Under the pieces are notes generated by a model that saw only the letters and a list, made by a program, of their open reading frames with translations, was not told the DNA's origin and made no database searches. This document shows, piece after piece, positions 27,401-37,400 of a stretch of DNA of 64,000 nucleotides. The position numbers and the translations under genes were made by a program. Positions within the stretch are counted from its first letter, which is position 1. Each line of letters opens with the position of its first letter. Source of the stretch: Octopus vulgaris (Eukaryota); assembly GCA_951406725.2 (NCBI GenBank), contig OX597832.1:40486001-40550000 (forward strand), given 5' to 3'.

Positions 27401-29496
27401 GTTCAAAGGGAAAATCTTTTTTTCAAAGTCTGTGTTGCATTGTTTATATGTTGAAGACAGAAACACACACACAACCAAGAAAAAAACGATAACTGTATAT
27501 GTATATAAAGTGATGGTTTGTTGCCAACTTAATGTGGCAGTCCCAGGAAAGGGAAGAAAGCTACTGCTGTTTAGCCCCAGGAAACACTGCTTCCAATTGG
27601 CTATGGTGACACAAGCGTACTGTGTCCTTATGTTTTCAAACAGGGGAACACTTTGTCGTGCTGCTACTGTATAAGTCTCTCTAAGAGATTTAGTTTTGTA
27701 GATCAGTGAATTTATTTCATTTGAAATTCTATGTTTTCAAAAGTGAATAAGCATCGACAGCTAGCATGCCAAGCTACTGCAGACTGATGAAGAGCAATTA
27801 CTCTGAAACTAGGCTCTGGATGCTGGGTGGAAGTGCTTATCTCCCCTGTTTACATAAGGATGATAGAATCTTGTTTGTTCATTCATTTTACATGTCAGCA
27901 CATGTTAAACAAATACTTATTATTGAGGCATTATTTTACAATTAGGCACTTCTTAACCTTCCCCCGTTTTTTCAACTCAGGGATTTTTTCTTATTCCATT
28001 TATTTTCAAAAATAAAAGTGAAGGCTTAGTGGTTAGGGTTTTCAGCTCACGAATATAAGGTGGCGAGATGGCAGAATTGTTAGCACTCCGGGTGAGATGC
28101 GTAACCGTATTTCGTCTGCCATTATGTTCTGAGTTAAAGTTCCACCGTGGTCGACTTTGCCTTTCATCCTTTCGGGGTCGATAAATTAAGTACCAGTTAC
28201 GCACTGGGGTCGATGTAATCGACTTAATCCGTTTGTCTGTCCTTGTTTGGCCCCTTGTGGGTAATAAAGAAATAGGTATTCGGTTCATGATGCGATTGAT
28301 TCCCAGCAATGAATTGTGTTCTTGAGCAGGGTACTTTATTTCACATTGCACCAGTTCATTCAGCTGGCAAAAATGAGTAGTACCTATTTCTTTACTGCCC
28401 ACAAGGGGCTACACACAGAGAGGTCAGACAAACGGATTAAGTTGATTATATCGACCCCAGTGTGTAACTGGTACTTAATTTATCGACCCCGAAAGGATGA
28501 AAGGCAAAGTCTACCTCAGCAGAATTTGAACTCAGAACGTAGTGGCACACGAAATACAGCTACGCATTTCGCCCGGCGTGCTAACGATTCTGCCAGCTCG
28601 TAGAATTCAAAAGGGCCAGCCCTTGTCACATCCCATGTCATGCTGAATCTCCTTGAGAACTATACTAAGAGTATGCATGTCTGTGGTGTGCTTATTAACT
28701 ACATGCATGTTTATTTCACGAGCAGGTTGTTTTGCTGATGAGATCAATTGGAACCTTCGTCGTTGCAGCCAACAGGGTCCTGGTTATTTTCAAAAGCAAA
28801 GTAACAATAGTAGGATTATTTAAAAAAATAGGGTCAAAACTGATGAAAGGAAAATTGCAATTTACAAATCTCGTTTGCTCTAATCTGTATAACTCCAGAA
28901 AATGACATCAAAAACAACCATTAAGATTCCTAGTCTCTCGTGTATGTATATATATATATATATATATTATTGATGTTATGTTAAACTGTCGTATGTCCAA
29001 ATTTGGCCAAATGTATGTTTTTCAATATTTATTTCTGCTTGCAATACCCGGTTCTTTTGGTCAAACTATCGTATCTCCAGCTGCTTCAGATGTCAAGATA
29101 TCAAAAATTGTCAAAGTGGAAGGCAACAGTTTTGCTATGGAATGGTGAAACTATTTTTTCATTTTCTGAAAAAAAGCAACAATTTGAACTTACAACACTT
29201 TTGCACAATAGCAATGAGAGGGAGGGGAGGGGGGGGGCTATTGACTAAACCTAATTGATTATAGCATCTTTCATCAGAGACCTCTCTTGTATTATAGATA
29301 ACTTTTCGTGAGCTCGTGTGGATAGCTGTCTGTATTAGCATTAATAGTGAAGTATTAAATACTTCAACACTTATTAATCTGTATAGCTGAACCTATTGAA
29401 CACTAAATTGTTAATTCTTAACTTTTCTTCTCACAGATGATGCAAGTGGACAGCATGCTGAAGGCCTTTGTTGAAGCCCCACCAGACTCGGATTAA
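4743..29496 (+). CDS. PELP1: PELP1/Rix1 orthologue (rixosome scaffold), 19 coding exons, about 758 aa; whole-gene span
   Basis: All introns are GT..AG with consistent phases; 2277 nt including stop. Segments resemble human PELP1 as recalled: RWFGLLLL..HAKYWL ~ RFEGLCLL..HCVSWL; NTKAEIYSCL ~ VRTKVYAIL; VSSYCQEAM ~ VSSFCSEAL; C-terminal SMLKAFVEAPPD ~ AMLADFIDCPPD. Confidence 0.9.
5135..5356 (-). mobile_element. 3' end of a CR1/L2-type LINE
   Basis: ..CRSTASFKTSMLPEIRQHYT* followed by a 3'UTR with an ATT-rich tail on -. Confidence 0.55.
6469..6666. mobile_element. hAT-type MITE
   Basis: TIR CAGGGGTGGGCAAACT; perfect 8-bp TSD GTCTAGAA. Confidence 0.92.
6842..6906 (+). CDS. PELP1: PELP1 exon 2
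   Basis: ttcttttccag|KSPALDKVFKEIHTLLESPKH|gtaatt, phase 0 to 2. Confidence 0.82.
7000..7580 (-). mobile_element. RTE LINE RT fragment
   Basis: GVHQGLVLSPFLF..LLYADDL; WRKFRELLPLL. Confidence 0.85.
7600..7819. mobile_element. piggyBac-type MITE, family A
   Basis: TTAA|CCCTT..AAGGGG|TTAA; inverted copy at 33870-34095. Confidence 0.85.
8561..8666 (+). CDS. PELP1: PELP1 exon 3
   Basis: tttacag|(R)WFGLLLLQRAACQCNNDIQSDHAKYWLEKTLSFLK|gtgagt. Confidence 0.88.
8809..9187 (+). mobile_element. tRNA-derived SINE, near full length
   Basis: A box TGGCTGTGTGG and B box GGTTCATTCCC. Near-identical copies at 33172-33550 (+) and 52150-52527 (-), plus many partial copies. Confidence 0.85.
9516..9697. mobile_element. 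Degenerate hAT MITE
   Basis: CAGTGGT../..ACAACTG ends; 8-bp TSD GTCTAAGG. Confidence 0.75.
9994..10143 (+). CDS. PELP1: PELP1 exon 4
   Basis: ttccag|PHQPLEVRMM..CLSNITC|gtaagt. Confidence 0.87.
10883..10954 (+). CDS. PELP1: PELP1 exon 5
   Basis: ttttcag|CPNQSIQSLTYCVEKFPQSADLFK|gtgggt. Confidence 0.87.
10951..11150 (+). repeat. Degenerate tandem repeat of about 24-25 bp starting at the exon 5 donor
   Basis: Units like aggtgggtacagtgttgctatttt. Confidence 0.6.
12755..12811 (+). CDS. PELP1: PELP1 exon 6
   Basis: long pyrimidine tract tttag|HQVGEDWINKLFLQNIPAK|gtatgt. Confidence 0.85.
13530..13760 (+). repeat. Degenerate C-rich tandem repeat upstream of exon 7
   Basis: Recurrent cactrtcaccctccar units. 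Confidence 0.6.
13806..13932 (+). CDS. PELP1: PELP1 exon 7
   Basis: tttttcag|HIAQLVS..IHHLLNLIVEEGDP|gtttgt, phase 0 to 1. Confidence 0.82.
14990..15137 (+). CDS. PELP1: PELP1 exon 8
   Basis: ttctatag|(D)FQPLVLD..RFGMACIDNLI|gtaagt, phase 1 to 2. Confidence 0.86.
15207..15602 (-). mobile_element. Abundant short retroposon with (GAT)n tail, probably RTE-mobilised
   Basis: catcatcgtttaacgtccg..ctggatgcccttcctaa. Copies at about 12171-12320, 16414-16568, 18640-18950, 19962-20405, 22913-23075, 32560-32890, 35528-35830 and 53018-53220, in both orientations. Confidence 0.75.
15866..15959 (+). CDS. PELP1: PELP1 exon 9
   Basis: ttttctag|(N)KPAVKSS..HRFIDIGSKK|gtacag, phase 2 to 0. Confidence 0.84.
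17085..17466. repeat. Imperfect palindrome of about 380 bp in PELP1 intron 9
   Basis: aaggtgtgtgtg..tctcagagtgacagacatc / gatgtctgtcactctgaga..cacacacctt. Confidence 0.85.
18230..18321 (+). CDS. PELP1: PELP1 exon 10
   Basis: ccacag|SMQSLRKELYTSYQPVLIQQATSLLACLIK|gtaagt, phase 0 to 2. Confidence 0.84.
20593..20700 (+). CDS. PELP1: PELP1 exon 11
   Basis: tttttcag|(H)IRSLLAPFTLIVNDLFRKFLNK..VY|gtaagt, phase 2 to 2. Confidence 0.85.
21171..21309 (+). CDS. PELP1: PELP1 exon 12
   Basis: cttcaag|(R)NTKAEIYSCL..LISHILRDINIEESTMK|gtgaga. Confidence 0.88.
21548..21635 (+). CDS. PELP1: PELP1 exon 13
   Basis: catcag|MINTNKKGRP..DLAVKALT|gtaagt, phase 0 to 1. Confidence 0.85.
21865..21920 (+). CDS. 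PELP1: PELP1 exon 14
   Basis: ttttacag|(A)LRWIILTTGPRINAKFLN|gtaagt; resembles human LSRTILMCGPLI. Confidence 0.86.
23260..23460 (+). CDS. PELP1: PELP1 exon 15
   Basis: cctccag|DIQVSLLQC..RRKEQYHCLVAL..SPPIAAIMSLL..EDTDLE|gtaagt. Confidence 0.9.
24739..25077 (+). CDS. PELP1: PELP1 exon 16
   Basis: tttaacag|VSSYCQEAMSSFE..TISFDE|gtcagt. Confidence 0.88.
25565..25735 (+). CDS. PELP1: PELP1 exon 17
   Basis: ctcttccag|GASSSQ..INSDSDIQ|gtaata. Confidence 0.83.
25772..25992. mobile_element. piggyBac-type MITE, family B
   Basis: TTAA|CCCTTTA..TAAAGGG|TTAA. Relatives at 12474-12694, 39604-39825, 44088-44302, 59200-59408 and about 11420-11601. Confidence 0.85.
26660..26992 (-). mobile_element. tRNA-headed SINE, second family
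   Basis: On -: gtgaaggcatgtggctaagtggttagagtactc..ttcaatacc. Same family as the host SINE at 28018-28785 (+). Confidence 0.7.
27248..27319 (+). CDS. PELP1: PELP1 exon 18 (acidic)
   Basis: gatacag|YVECGEDSAEEENSAEEASEETNE|gtaagt. Confidence 0.83.
28018..28785 (+). mobile_element. SINE containing two oppositely oriented copies of another SINE (28057-28278 +; 28381-28600 -)
   Basis: Host sequence resumes after each insert; shared ctttcatcctttcggggtcgataaattaagtaccag occurs in inverted orientation. Confidence 0.75.
29437..29496 (+). CDS. PELP1: PELP1 exon 19, terminal coding part
   Basis: tctcacag|MMQVDSMLKAFVEAPPDSD*; conserved C-terminal motif. Confidence 0.88.
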   Translation: MMQVDSMLKAFVEAPPDSD

Positions 29497-30348
29497 AGAT
29501 TTTTTCATGAGTTGTATTAACAAATCATTTCATTTAGTCATCATCACTGTTTTAGTTTATTGCAGTTCATCAGCTGAGTGTGTGTGAGTGTCTTGTCAGA
29601 ACGGTCTTTGTCGTTGGTGCTTTTTGTTGCAAAGGGGTTGATTGGGGATGGAAATTTAGAGAAGGGTAGGCAGGATCACAACTGATAAAACTCCTAAAAC
29701 AATACTGGGGTCTCATCATCTTCAGGCTAGAAGTCTCTGAGCCTAGATTAAGGTTAGTTGGATGTAATAACAAATCCTGAATCTGTTGTATACAGCAGAC
29801 ATCACAGAGTAGGTAATACTATTCCATTTTGGCTTTAGCTCCAGTTTAGAAATATTTCATTTTTATGGGAAATGCCAGGTTACAAAAACATCCAGATCTT
29901 AAAAGGGGAAAGAAAATCATTGGATTTTAACTACCTATAGTTTGTAACTTATTACTTAGAAACTAAAGAGAAGAGATTACAAATGGGAGGGGGTTATTTT
30001 TTTTAAGATGACTGTTTCCAGGTATGTAAAAATTTGTTTTACCCTGTCATACAAACAAGAGGAAAATTAGTTTGAAACATTACACAGATGTTGACAGAGT
30101 TTTGCTCAACTCTAGAGTAATGGTAAATAGTAGGGATTGGGGTTGGAGTAATAACAGTAGGGGATTTGGTGAATGGAGGTGGGTGATAGAAAAGAACACA
30201 GAATTAAACAAATTGTCAAACAGAAGACATCTTTTGTATTGAAGACAACAATAGCCTCAGCTTTCCTGTTTGTTGAGCCTACAACACATAACTGTTTGGA
30301 AAGAGGTTATGGAAGTTCGTTCATTTTCAAAATTACCAGAAAAATAAT

Positions 30349-30457
30349 AATAAAATAAAATAAAAATACAAACGTGACATTTCTTAAGAAATAAATACAA
30401 AATATAACATTTTATTGTTGTTTCTGTCATTTTCATTCTTCTGGAAGATGGAATAAA
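30349..30457. terminator. Cluster of polyadenylation signals between the convergent genes
   Basis: AATAAA on + at 30349, 30354, 30359, 30390 and 30452; AATAAA on - at 30411-30416. Confidence 0.5.
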
Positions 30458-30663
30458 AGTGCAAAAAAAAGGTTGGTTTTTTTTTTTTTCCTCTGGAAAT
30501 CAACTAAATCTGACCCAATCTAGTTTTTTTTTTTACAATGTGGAAGTGAAGAAAACTCTTCAGTTGATTTTTTTTTAATCAGTGCTGTCATCCACCAATT
30601 GTGAGCTCTTTCTGAGACATGTCCAAGTACTCATGTTCACTCGTTCTTCCAGGGTTTCTTTTT

Positions 30664-31458
30664 TTAAGTTTTTGCTTTTTTGGAGGCTCTCTCGTTGCTT
30701 GAGCTCCTTTTGCGTTTGTCGTTGGTCGATGTTTCGTTCTTTGCCCTCAACTTGTACCCGTCTGATGTACCTTTGGAACGGTTTACTGTTGAGGAAAGTT
30801 TGACTTCTAGATCGTATTGTTTCTGGAGTGCTAATGCAAACAATCTATCCTGTTCTTCTGTGAGATCTTTAGCATCATCGAAATAGTTGCTGGAATGGTG
30901 GTTAGTGTCTTTTTTACTGAAATACAAATCCAGCTTTGCAGATTTAGAGTTCTGATCAGATTTCATGTTTGGCTTGAGTTTAGAATGAACATTTGAAATG
31001 CGGCTTCTTCCAACATCTTTTTTATTCACATTCAGTTTCTTCTCAAACAATATTCGACGCTCAGAATCTTTTATGCCAAACGAATTAAACTGTTTTAAAG
31101 GGGATTTAATGTAGGACAATGTGTTGGGTTTGGGTACACTGTTGCAGTTCAGTGTAGGAGAGGTAGCGTCTGCTGACCAGGTGGGACTGTCTGGGGTGTC
31201 AGCAGCTTCAAAAGTACGATTGAAATCATCATCTTTCAACTGACTACTTTCAGCTGTCAAAGAGTCTGTTTCCAGTGAGCGACTGTTAGAACTGGTCTTA
31301 CTTATCCCTTCAATAACCACGGTTGGCTGAAGAGAATGGCAGGCAGTAATGTCATCAATCGTTTCCCTTTCCTCAACTCTGTTGGCCATCACTGAATTGT
31401 TCTGCTCACCATCCAAGACTCTCTCGTCTTTCTTGTGCAGTGCTGGAGTACCTACAGA
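30664..31458 (-). CDS. RNF168: RNF168 exon 4 (disordered linker, MIU2, LRM, basic tail)
   Basis: ttctttag|SVGTPALHKK.. in frame with ORF 30664..31416. Confidence 0.88.
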   Translation of the reverse strand, partial: SVGTPALHKKDERVLDGEQNNSVMANRVEERETIDDITACHSLQPTVVIEGISKTSSNSRSLETDSLTAESSQLKDDDFNRTFEAADTPDSPTWSADATSPTLNCNSVPKPNTLSYIKSPLKQFNSFGIKDSERRILFEKKLNVNKKDVGRSRISNVHSKLKPNMKSDQNSKSAKLDLYFSKKDTNHHSSNYFDDAKDLTEEQDRLFALALQKQYDLEVKLSSTVNRSKGTSDGYKLRAKNETSTNDKRKRSSSNERASKKAKT

Positions 31459-34400
31459 CTAAAGAAGAAAAAAGCAATATAGCAGTGAGGTTTTTTTTGT
31501 CATTAAAGTAAAAATTTAATCGATTATATATTTTTTATCTTTTAGTCAGGAGGAAAGCTAGGGCCCACGATCTTTTACAGAGGCTCAAAGATTTGTAGAA
31601 GGCAAAGGAGGATGATATCCTCAAACCAGAAGCCTGACTCGAAAGCTAGCAATAGAGTAGACTTTGTTAAAGGTACTCAAGGTGCCAGGAAGTAGGATTA
31701 ACCTGAGCAACAGATTATATCTACTACCTGTGTAAACCATAGCAGAAATTGAACTCAGAAGAAGTGCCCACAAAGCATTTCATTTCAACATTCATACAGT
31801 TCCATCAACCCATCAGCTTGGAGTTGGTACTCTTTTTTATCAACCTTGAATGGCTGAAAGGCAAAGTTCAACTCAAGGAAGCAGAGAATCTAAACAAGTA
31901 ACACAAGCCATTCCATCCAACACTAAATAATTCGGCCAATTCACTGCAAGAAGCGTAGAATGGAAAATTTCATGTTTTTACAATTCTCATTAGCAGAAAC
32001 ACTAAAGAGATAGAGGGGGGAAAATTTGTCTCAAGAAACTCCATCTGACCCATGCAAACATGGAGAAGATGTGGTACAACAGCATCACAACTAAACTCTC
32101 TATATTCTAAAGAATCCACACCAACTCACAACCTCACCAAACCAACTACAACTCAACAATAAAGCTACTGCTGCTTCCACACACTTAGCTCTAACAACCA
32201 CCAGCCAAGTATTTCCCAAAGCTCCTTGGACCACCTCCCAACTGTCATCACAACACACCAACTCTCCTTGGACCACCTCCCAATTATCATCACAACACAC
32301 CAACTCTCCATGGACCACCTCCCAATTATCATCACAACACACTTGCAGATAAATGAGGAAAGCGAAAAGGTTTTTACAAACTTCAAACAAAAAAAAAAAT
32401 CACAATGGAAGGAGTTCATCAGGAGACAGAACCAAGGTTACGAGGGTTAAACAGGCAACACAATCACTGACATAGACACTGCAGTACATGCATCATTTAA
32501 CATCTGTTTTTTCATGCTTGCATGGGTGAATCAAATCAAAATCGAAATCGATCAACATCAATGGAATTTGTAGTTTGTGGCACATAAGAGAACCATCCGA
32601 ACGTGGCCGTAGCCAGCACCGCATCGACCGGCCTCCGTGCTGGTGGCACGTAACAAACACCATCCGATCGTGGACGTGCCAGCCTCGCCTGGCCTCATCT
32701 GGCACCTGTGTCGGTGGCATAAAAAGCACCCACTACACTCACAGAGTGGTTGGCGTTAGGAAGAGCATCCAGCTGTAGAAACACTGCCAGATCTGACTGG
32801 GCCTGGTGCAGCCTTCTGGCTTCCCAGACCCCAGTTGAACCATCCAACCCATGCCAGCATGGAAAACGGACGTTAAACGATGATGATGACTAACCCATAA
32901 CTCCCTTACTTCAAATTACAAATCCAAACCACTGCACTCCAACGCCACTCTGCTCATAAACCTAACACAAAAAATACTCCAACAAGAAAGCTTCCCACAC
33001 GTATCTTCTAACTACGATCAACAAAGCTTTTGATTCCACTCCCAGTTATCCTCTCACAAAATTACTCAATGCATGGCCCTGGCCAGTAAACTACTGGTCA
33101 CACCACAAAACTTATGTAGCTTACAATCTTAAAAATAAGACAAGGTGATGGTAGCAACCAACTCATTGATATATGGAGTGTGGTAAGTAGCTTGCTTACC
33201 AACCACATGGTTCCGGGTTCAGTCCCACTGCGTGGCACCTTGGGCAAGTGTCTTCTACTATAGCCTCGGACCGACCAAGGCCTTGTGAGTGGATTTGGTA
33301 GACGGAAACGGAAAGAAGCCCGTCGTATATATGTATGTTTGTGTGTCTGTGTTTATCCCCCTAGCATTGCTTGACAACCGATGCTGGTGTGTTTATGTCC
33401 CCGTCACTTAGCGGTTCGGCAAAAGAGACCGCTAGAATAAGTACTGGGCTAACAAAGAATAAGTCCCGGGGTCGAGTTTGCTCAATTAAAGGCGGTGCTC
33501 CAGCATGGCCACAGTCAAATGACTGAAACGAGTAAAAGAGAAAGTAAAGAGATGGCTAACCTCCAACTGACGAGCAAGTTCCTCATCCTTTTTAAGTTGT
33601 GATTCTAATTTCTGTTGTTCACGTCTTAACCGTTCCTCCTCTTCACGAAGGGAGTTCAAGAGAGCAACACTTGCTTCTTCTTCCTTCCGTTTCTGTGCTT
33701 CTCTTTCTTCATTTAGCTGAAAGTACACCACAATTTCAACAGTCAAGCCTGGAAAAGCATTATATACACTGATTATACATTATATACAACAATGATGGAT
33801 ATATTTGATGACGAACCAATTAGTTAAAATAACTCTGGATCTCTTCAGTTTGGCTCCCAGATTTTTTAACCCTTTCATTACCAAATTTCTTTTGAGATGC
33901 TCTGTGTTTCTGCCATTTAATTTTAAATATAACAAAGAATTTAGTAAAATAACTCAGTTATCATTCAGCTAGTGTTAGGAACATAAATTGTGACTAAGGT
34001 TTGTTTGGTGGAAGATTTTAATTCAAAACTTATGAAAACAAGACATTTGTACTACAGAGCCAGAGCCAGTTTCAGCCGGGTTGGTAATGAAAGGGTTAAT
34101 TATTTTTTTCAACAGTTTGAAACTTCATATAAAGGTGTAATTTCTCATGCTGAACATGGTTTACTTTCAACATTTTTGACAAAATTTCATATTTTAGAAT
34201 TTATTTCGTGTTAAAGATGTCATATTTAGGTAATTTTAACCAATCAACATGTATTCAGCTGAAGAGACCTACTGCTGTTTGCGAAAGTAATCAAAGAGCA
34301 ACAACTTCCGGGTCATCTCTACTAATCCACACATGGTTGAAAAATACATTTAGTAGAGATGACCCAGAAGTTGTTGCTCTTTGATTACTATCGCAAACAA

Positions 34401-37400
34401 CAGTATGTTGATTGGTTAAAATTACCCAAATATGACAACTTTAACACGAAATAACTTCTAAACTATGAAATTTTGTCAAAAATGTTGAAAGTAAACCATG
34501 TTCAGCATGAGAAATTACACCAGTATATGAAGTTTCAAACTGTTTAGTTGAAAAAAAATAATTAACTGCCAAACTGAAGAGATCCATAAATTCTGACACG
34601 AGTACAGCAATTTTGAGGGGAAGAGGTATGTCAACTACATTTGATCCTAGTATAAGATTGATATTTATGTCAGTGACCCTGAAAAGATGAAAAACAAAGT
34701 TGACCTTAGCAGAATTTGAACTCAAAATGTAAAGAGCCAAAAGAAATGCCTCTAAACGTTTTCTCCAATGTGCTAATGATTCTACAACTCCACCACCTTA
34801 ACAACTAATTACAATAATATAAACAAAACATCAATAATCTGAAATTAAACTAAGAAGCATAATCCAAAAAAAACCAAACAAGAAACAAATAAATTACCTT
34901 CTTAACTGCTTTCTCATACTCTTCCCGGATTTCTCCAGGTTCTGCTAATTGTAGTCTTGGAGGTTGAAAAACTAAACAAAGAGAAAACAAAAACAGGTAT
35001 CAACAATAAATTCTTAAAATTGTTAATTGTTCATGTAGGAGACTGTGCAGTTAAGAAGCTTACTTCCCAACCATGTGGTCTTTGATTCAGGTGTGTGGCA
35101 CCTTGGGCCACACTATCTTCTACTATAGCTCCAGGCCAAACAAAGCCTTGTGAATGGGTTTGGTAGAAAAAAAACTGGAAGAAGCTGCTCATATGTGTGT
35201 GTGTGTGTATCCTTGTCTTCAAAAGAATCTCTCTCACACAAACACTGTTGTGTGCTTCCAAGTCTTTCATAAAAAGACATGTCTTGCTCTAGGAAATATT
35301 TACCTTACCTGGAAACATGAAGGTTGGCAACAGGAAAAGCATCTGGCCATAGAAAAATCTGTCTCAACATATATATATATATATATATATTGAATAGGAA
35401 CATGAAACTTTGAGTAACAGTTTTTGTGATATTTTTTGCAGCTTTTTTAATAAAACATTTTACTCTACTTCCAGTATTCGAGTACTATTTTTTCCACCTT
35501 GTTTCACATTTATATGCTTACACACATATCATCATCATTTAGCGTCCGTTTTCCATGCTAGCATGGGTTGGACAGTTCAACTGGGGTCTGTGAAGCTGGA
35601 AGGCTTCATCAGGCCCAGTCAGATCTGGCAGTGTTTCTACGGCTGGATGCCCTTCCTAACGCCAAGCACTCCGTGAGTGTAGTGGGTGCTTTTTACGTGC
35701 CACCCGCACAGGTGCCAGACAGAACTGGCAAACGGCCACGAACGGATGGTGCTTTTACGTGTCACCGGCACGGGGGCCAGGCGAGGCTGGCAACGGATGG
35801 TGCTTTTACGTGCCACCAACACGGGGGCCAAGACAAGGAAATGCGAACATACACACACAGATATATATGTGTATGTGTGTGTCTGTCACCAGGAATCGAA
35901 CTTGCAACCCCACGATCACGAACTGAATACCCTAACCACTAAGTCACACGCCTTCACACAACATATATACATGTGTGTGCATACATGTGCACATATATAT
36001 ATACATATACATGCATGTGTGTGTGTGTATTCGCACACACGATGGGCTTCTTTCAGTGTTTCCATCTACCAAATCTACTCACAAGGCTTTGGTTGGCCTG
36101 GGGCTATAGTGGAGGACACTTAACCAAAGTGCCACACAATGGGACTGAACCTAAACCAAGTGGTGGGGAAAGAAGCTTCTTAACCACCCAGGCACACCAG
36201 TGCCTTTCCTTACCATTTACACTACAGAGCATTTGCCATTCCATCTTCTCAAACTGGAAAGCATCCTGTTTGGCATCTATGTCCATGACTAGGAATAACA
36301 CCATAATTTCTACAGAATAACATCATAAACATAGAAAGACAGATATACTGATATATAAAACCACACATGCATGCATATATACAGAAAGTCTTAACATTTT
36401 TTTCGATTCTTGTACCAAAACAATACTTTAACTGAAGATACCATTTTTTTTATACACCAAGATACAATTCAAAACCACTTCAAAACAGAGAGTGAGGGGA
36501 GAGTAAGAAGGAGAGAAAAAGAGAATAAAAGGATTAATTTTTTTATTTACCATAAAGGTAAAAACAGAGAGAGAACAAACAAAGGGGTCGGGGGATCAAA
36601 TGAGATGACAAGATTAAAAATATAAAACGGATGATGATGATGATGGAGTGAGGGACAGGTACGATCCCACAAACCACATTCCTCCACTGAACCCTTTAAC
36701 CCTTTCGTTACTATATTTCTGACCAAATTACACCCCTTATGTGTTTCAATTAATTTCTAACATAATCATAAATTTAGTCTGGTTTCATTAAACAACTATA
36801 ACTTTTTTATTTATCAATATATTAATCTGATTTTTCGAAGATAATTTAATGAAATATTCTCAACCAATTCTATACTATAATTTTTGTCACAAAGTGACTC
36901 TAATTGCAGGTAGATACAGGTAAATTCAACAAAATATTAAATTATTAAAATTTTGTTCAAACATCGCTATAGAAAATGGGTTATTAGCTAATATTCAATT
37001 GGGTATACAACAAAATTTTACGATAGAATTTGTTATTCTGGGTAACTTTCTGATACCCATAATAATATTTATGGCAAAATAGTCTTAATTTCATTTAAGG
37101 TTGTGGGAAATCACAAACTATCGTTTCTTTCGCTTTGTTTACGTTTAGCATAACGGTTCGTTTCCGCCGTAATGAGTTCAAATAGGCTCATTCGAAAAAG
37201 TAAATAGAAATAGCCTAAGGCTTTACTCTCCTGGGAAAGTCTGTGGCTTGGTCCAGTTTCTTCAGAAAAATCACCGAAAGAAACAGTTTTTAAATTTTCA
37301 CTCCATTCAGGTGCCAATTCGTTTTCTTTATCGCTGTCGGAGCTCACGAATTAACTGTTTTCACTTTCGGAAAATGAAACATCAGATTCATTATCAAATA

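Noticed and set aside
35885-35957. tRNA-like sequence on -
   Set aside because: It is the head of the SINE family also at 26660-26992; no proper cloverleaf
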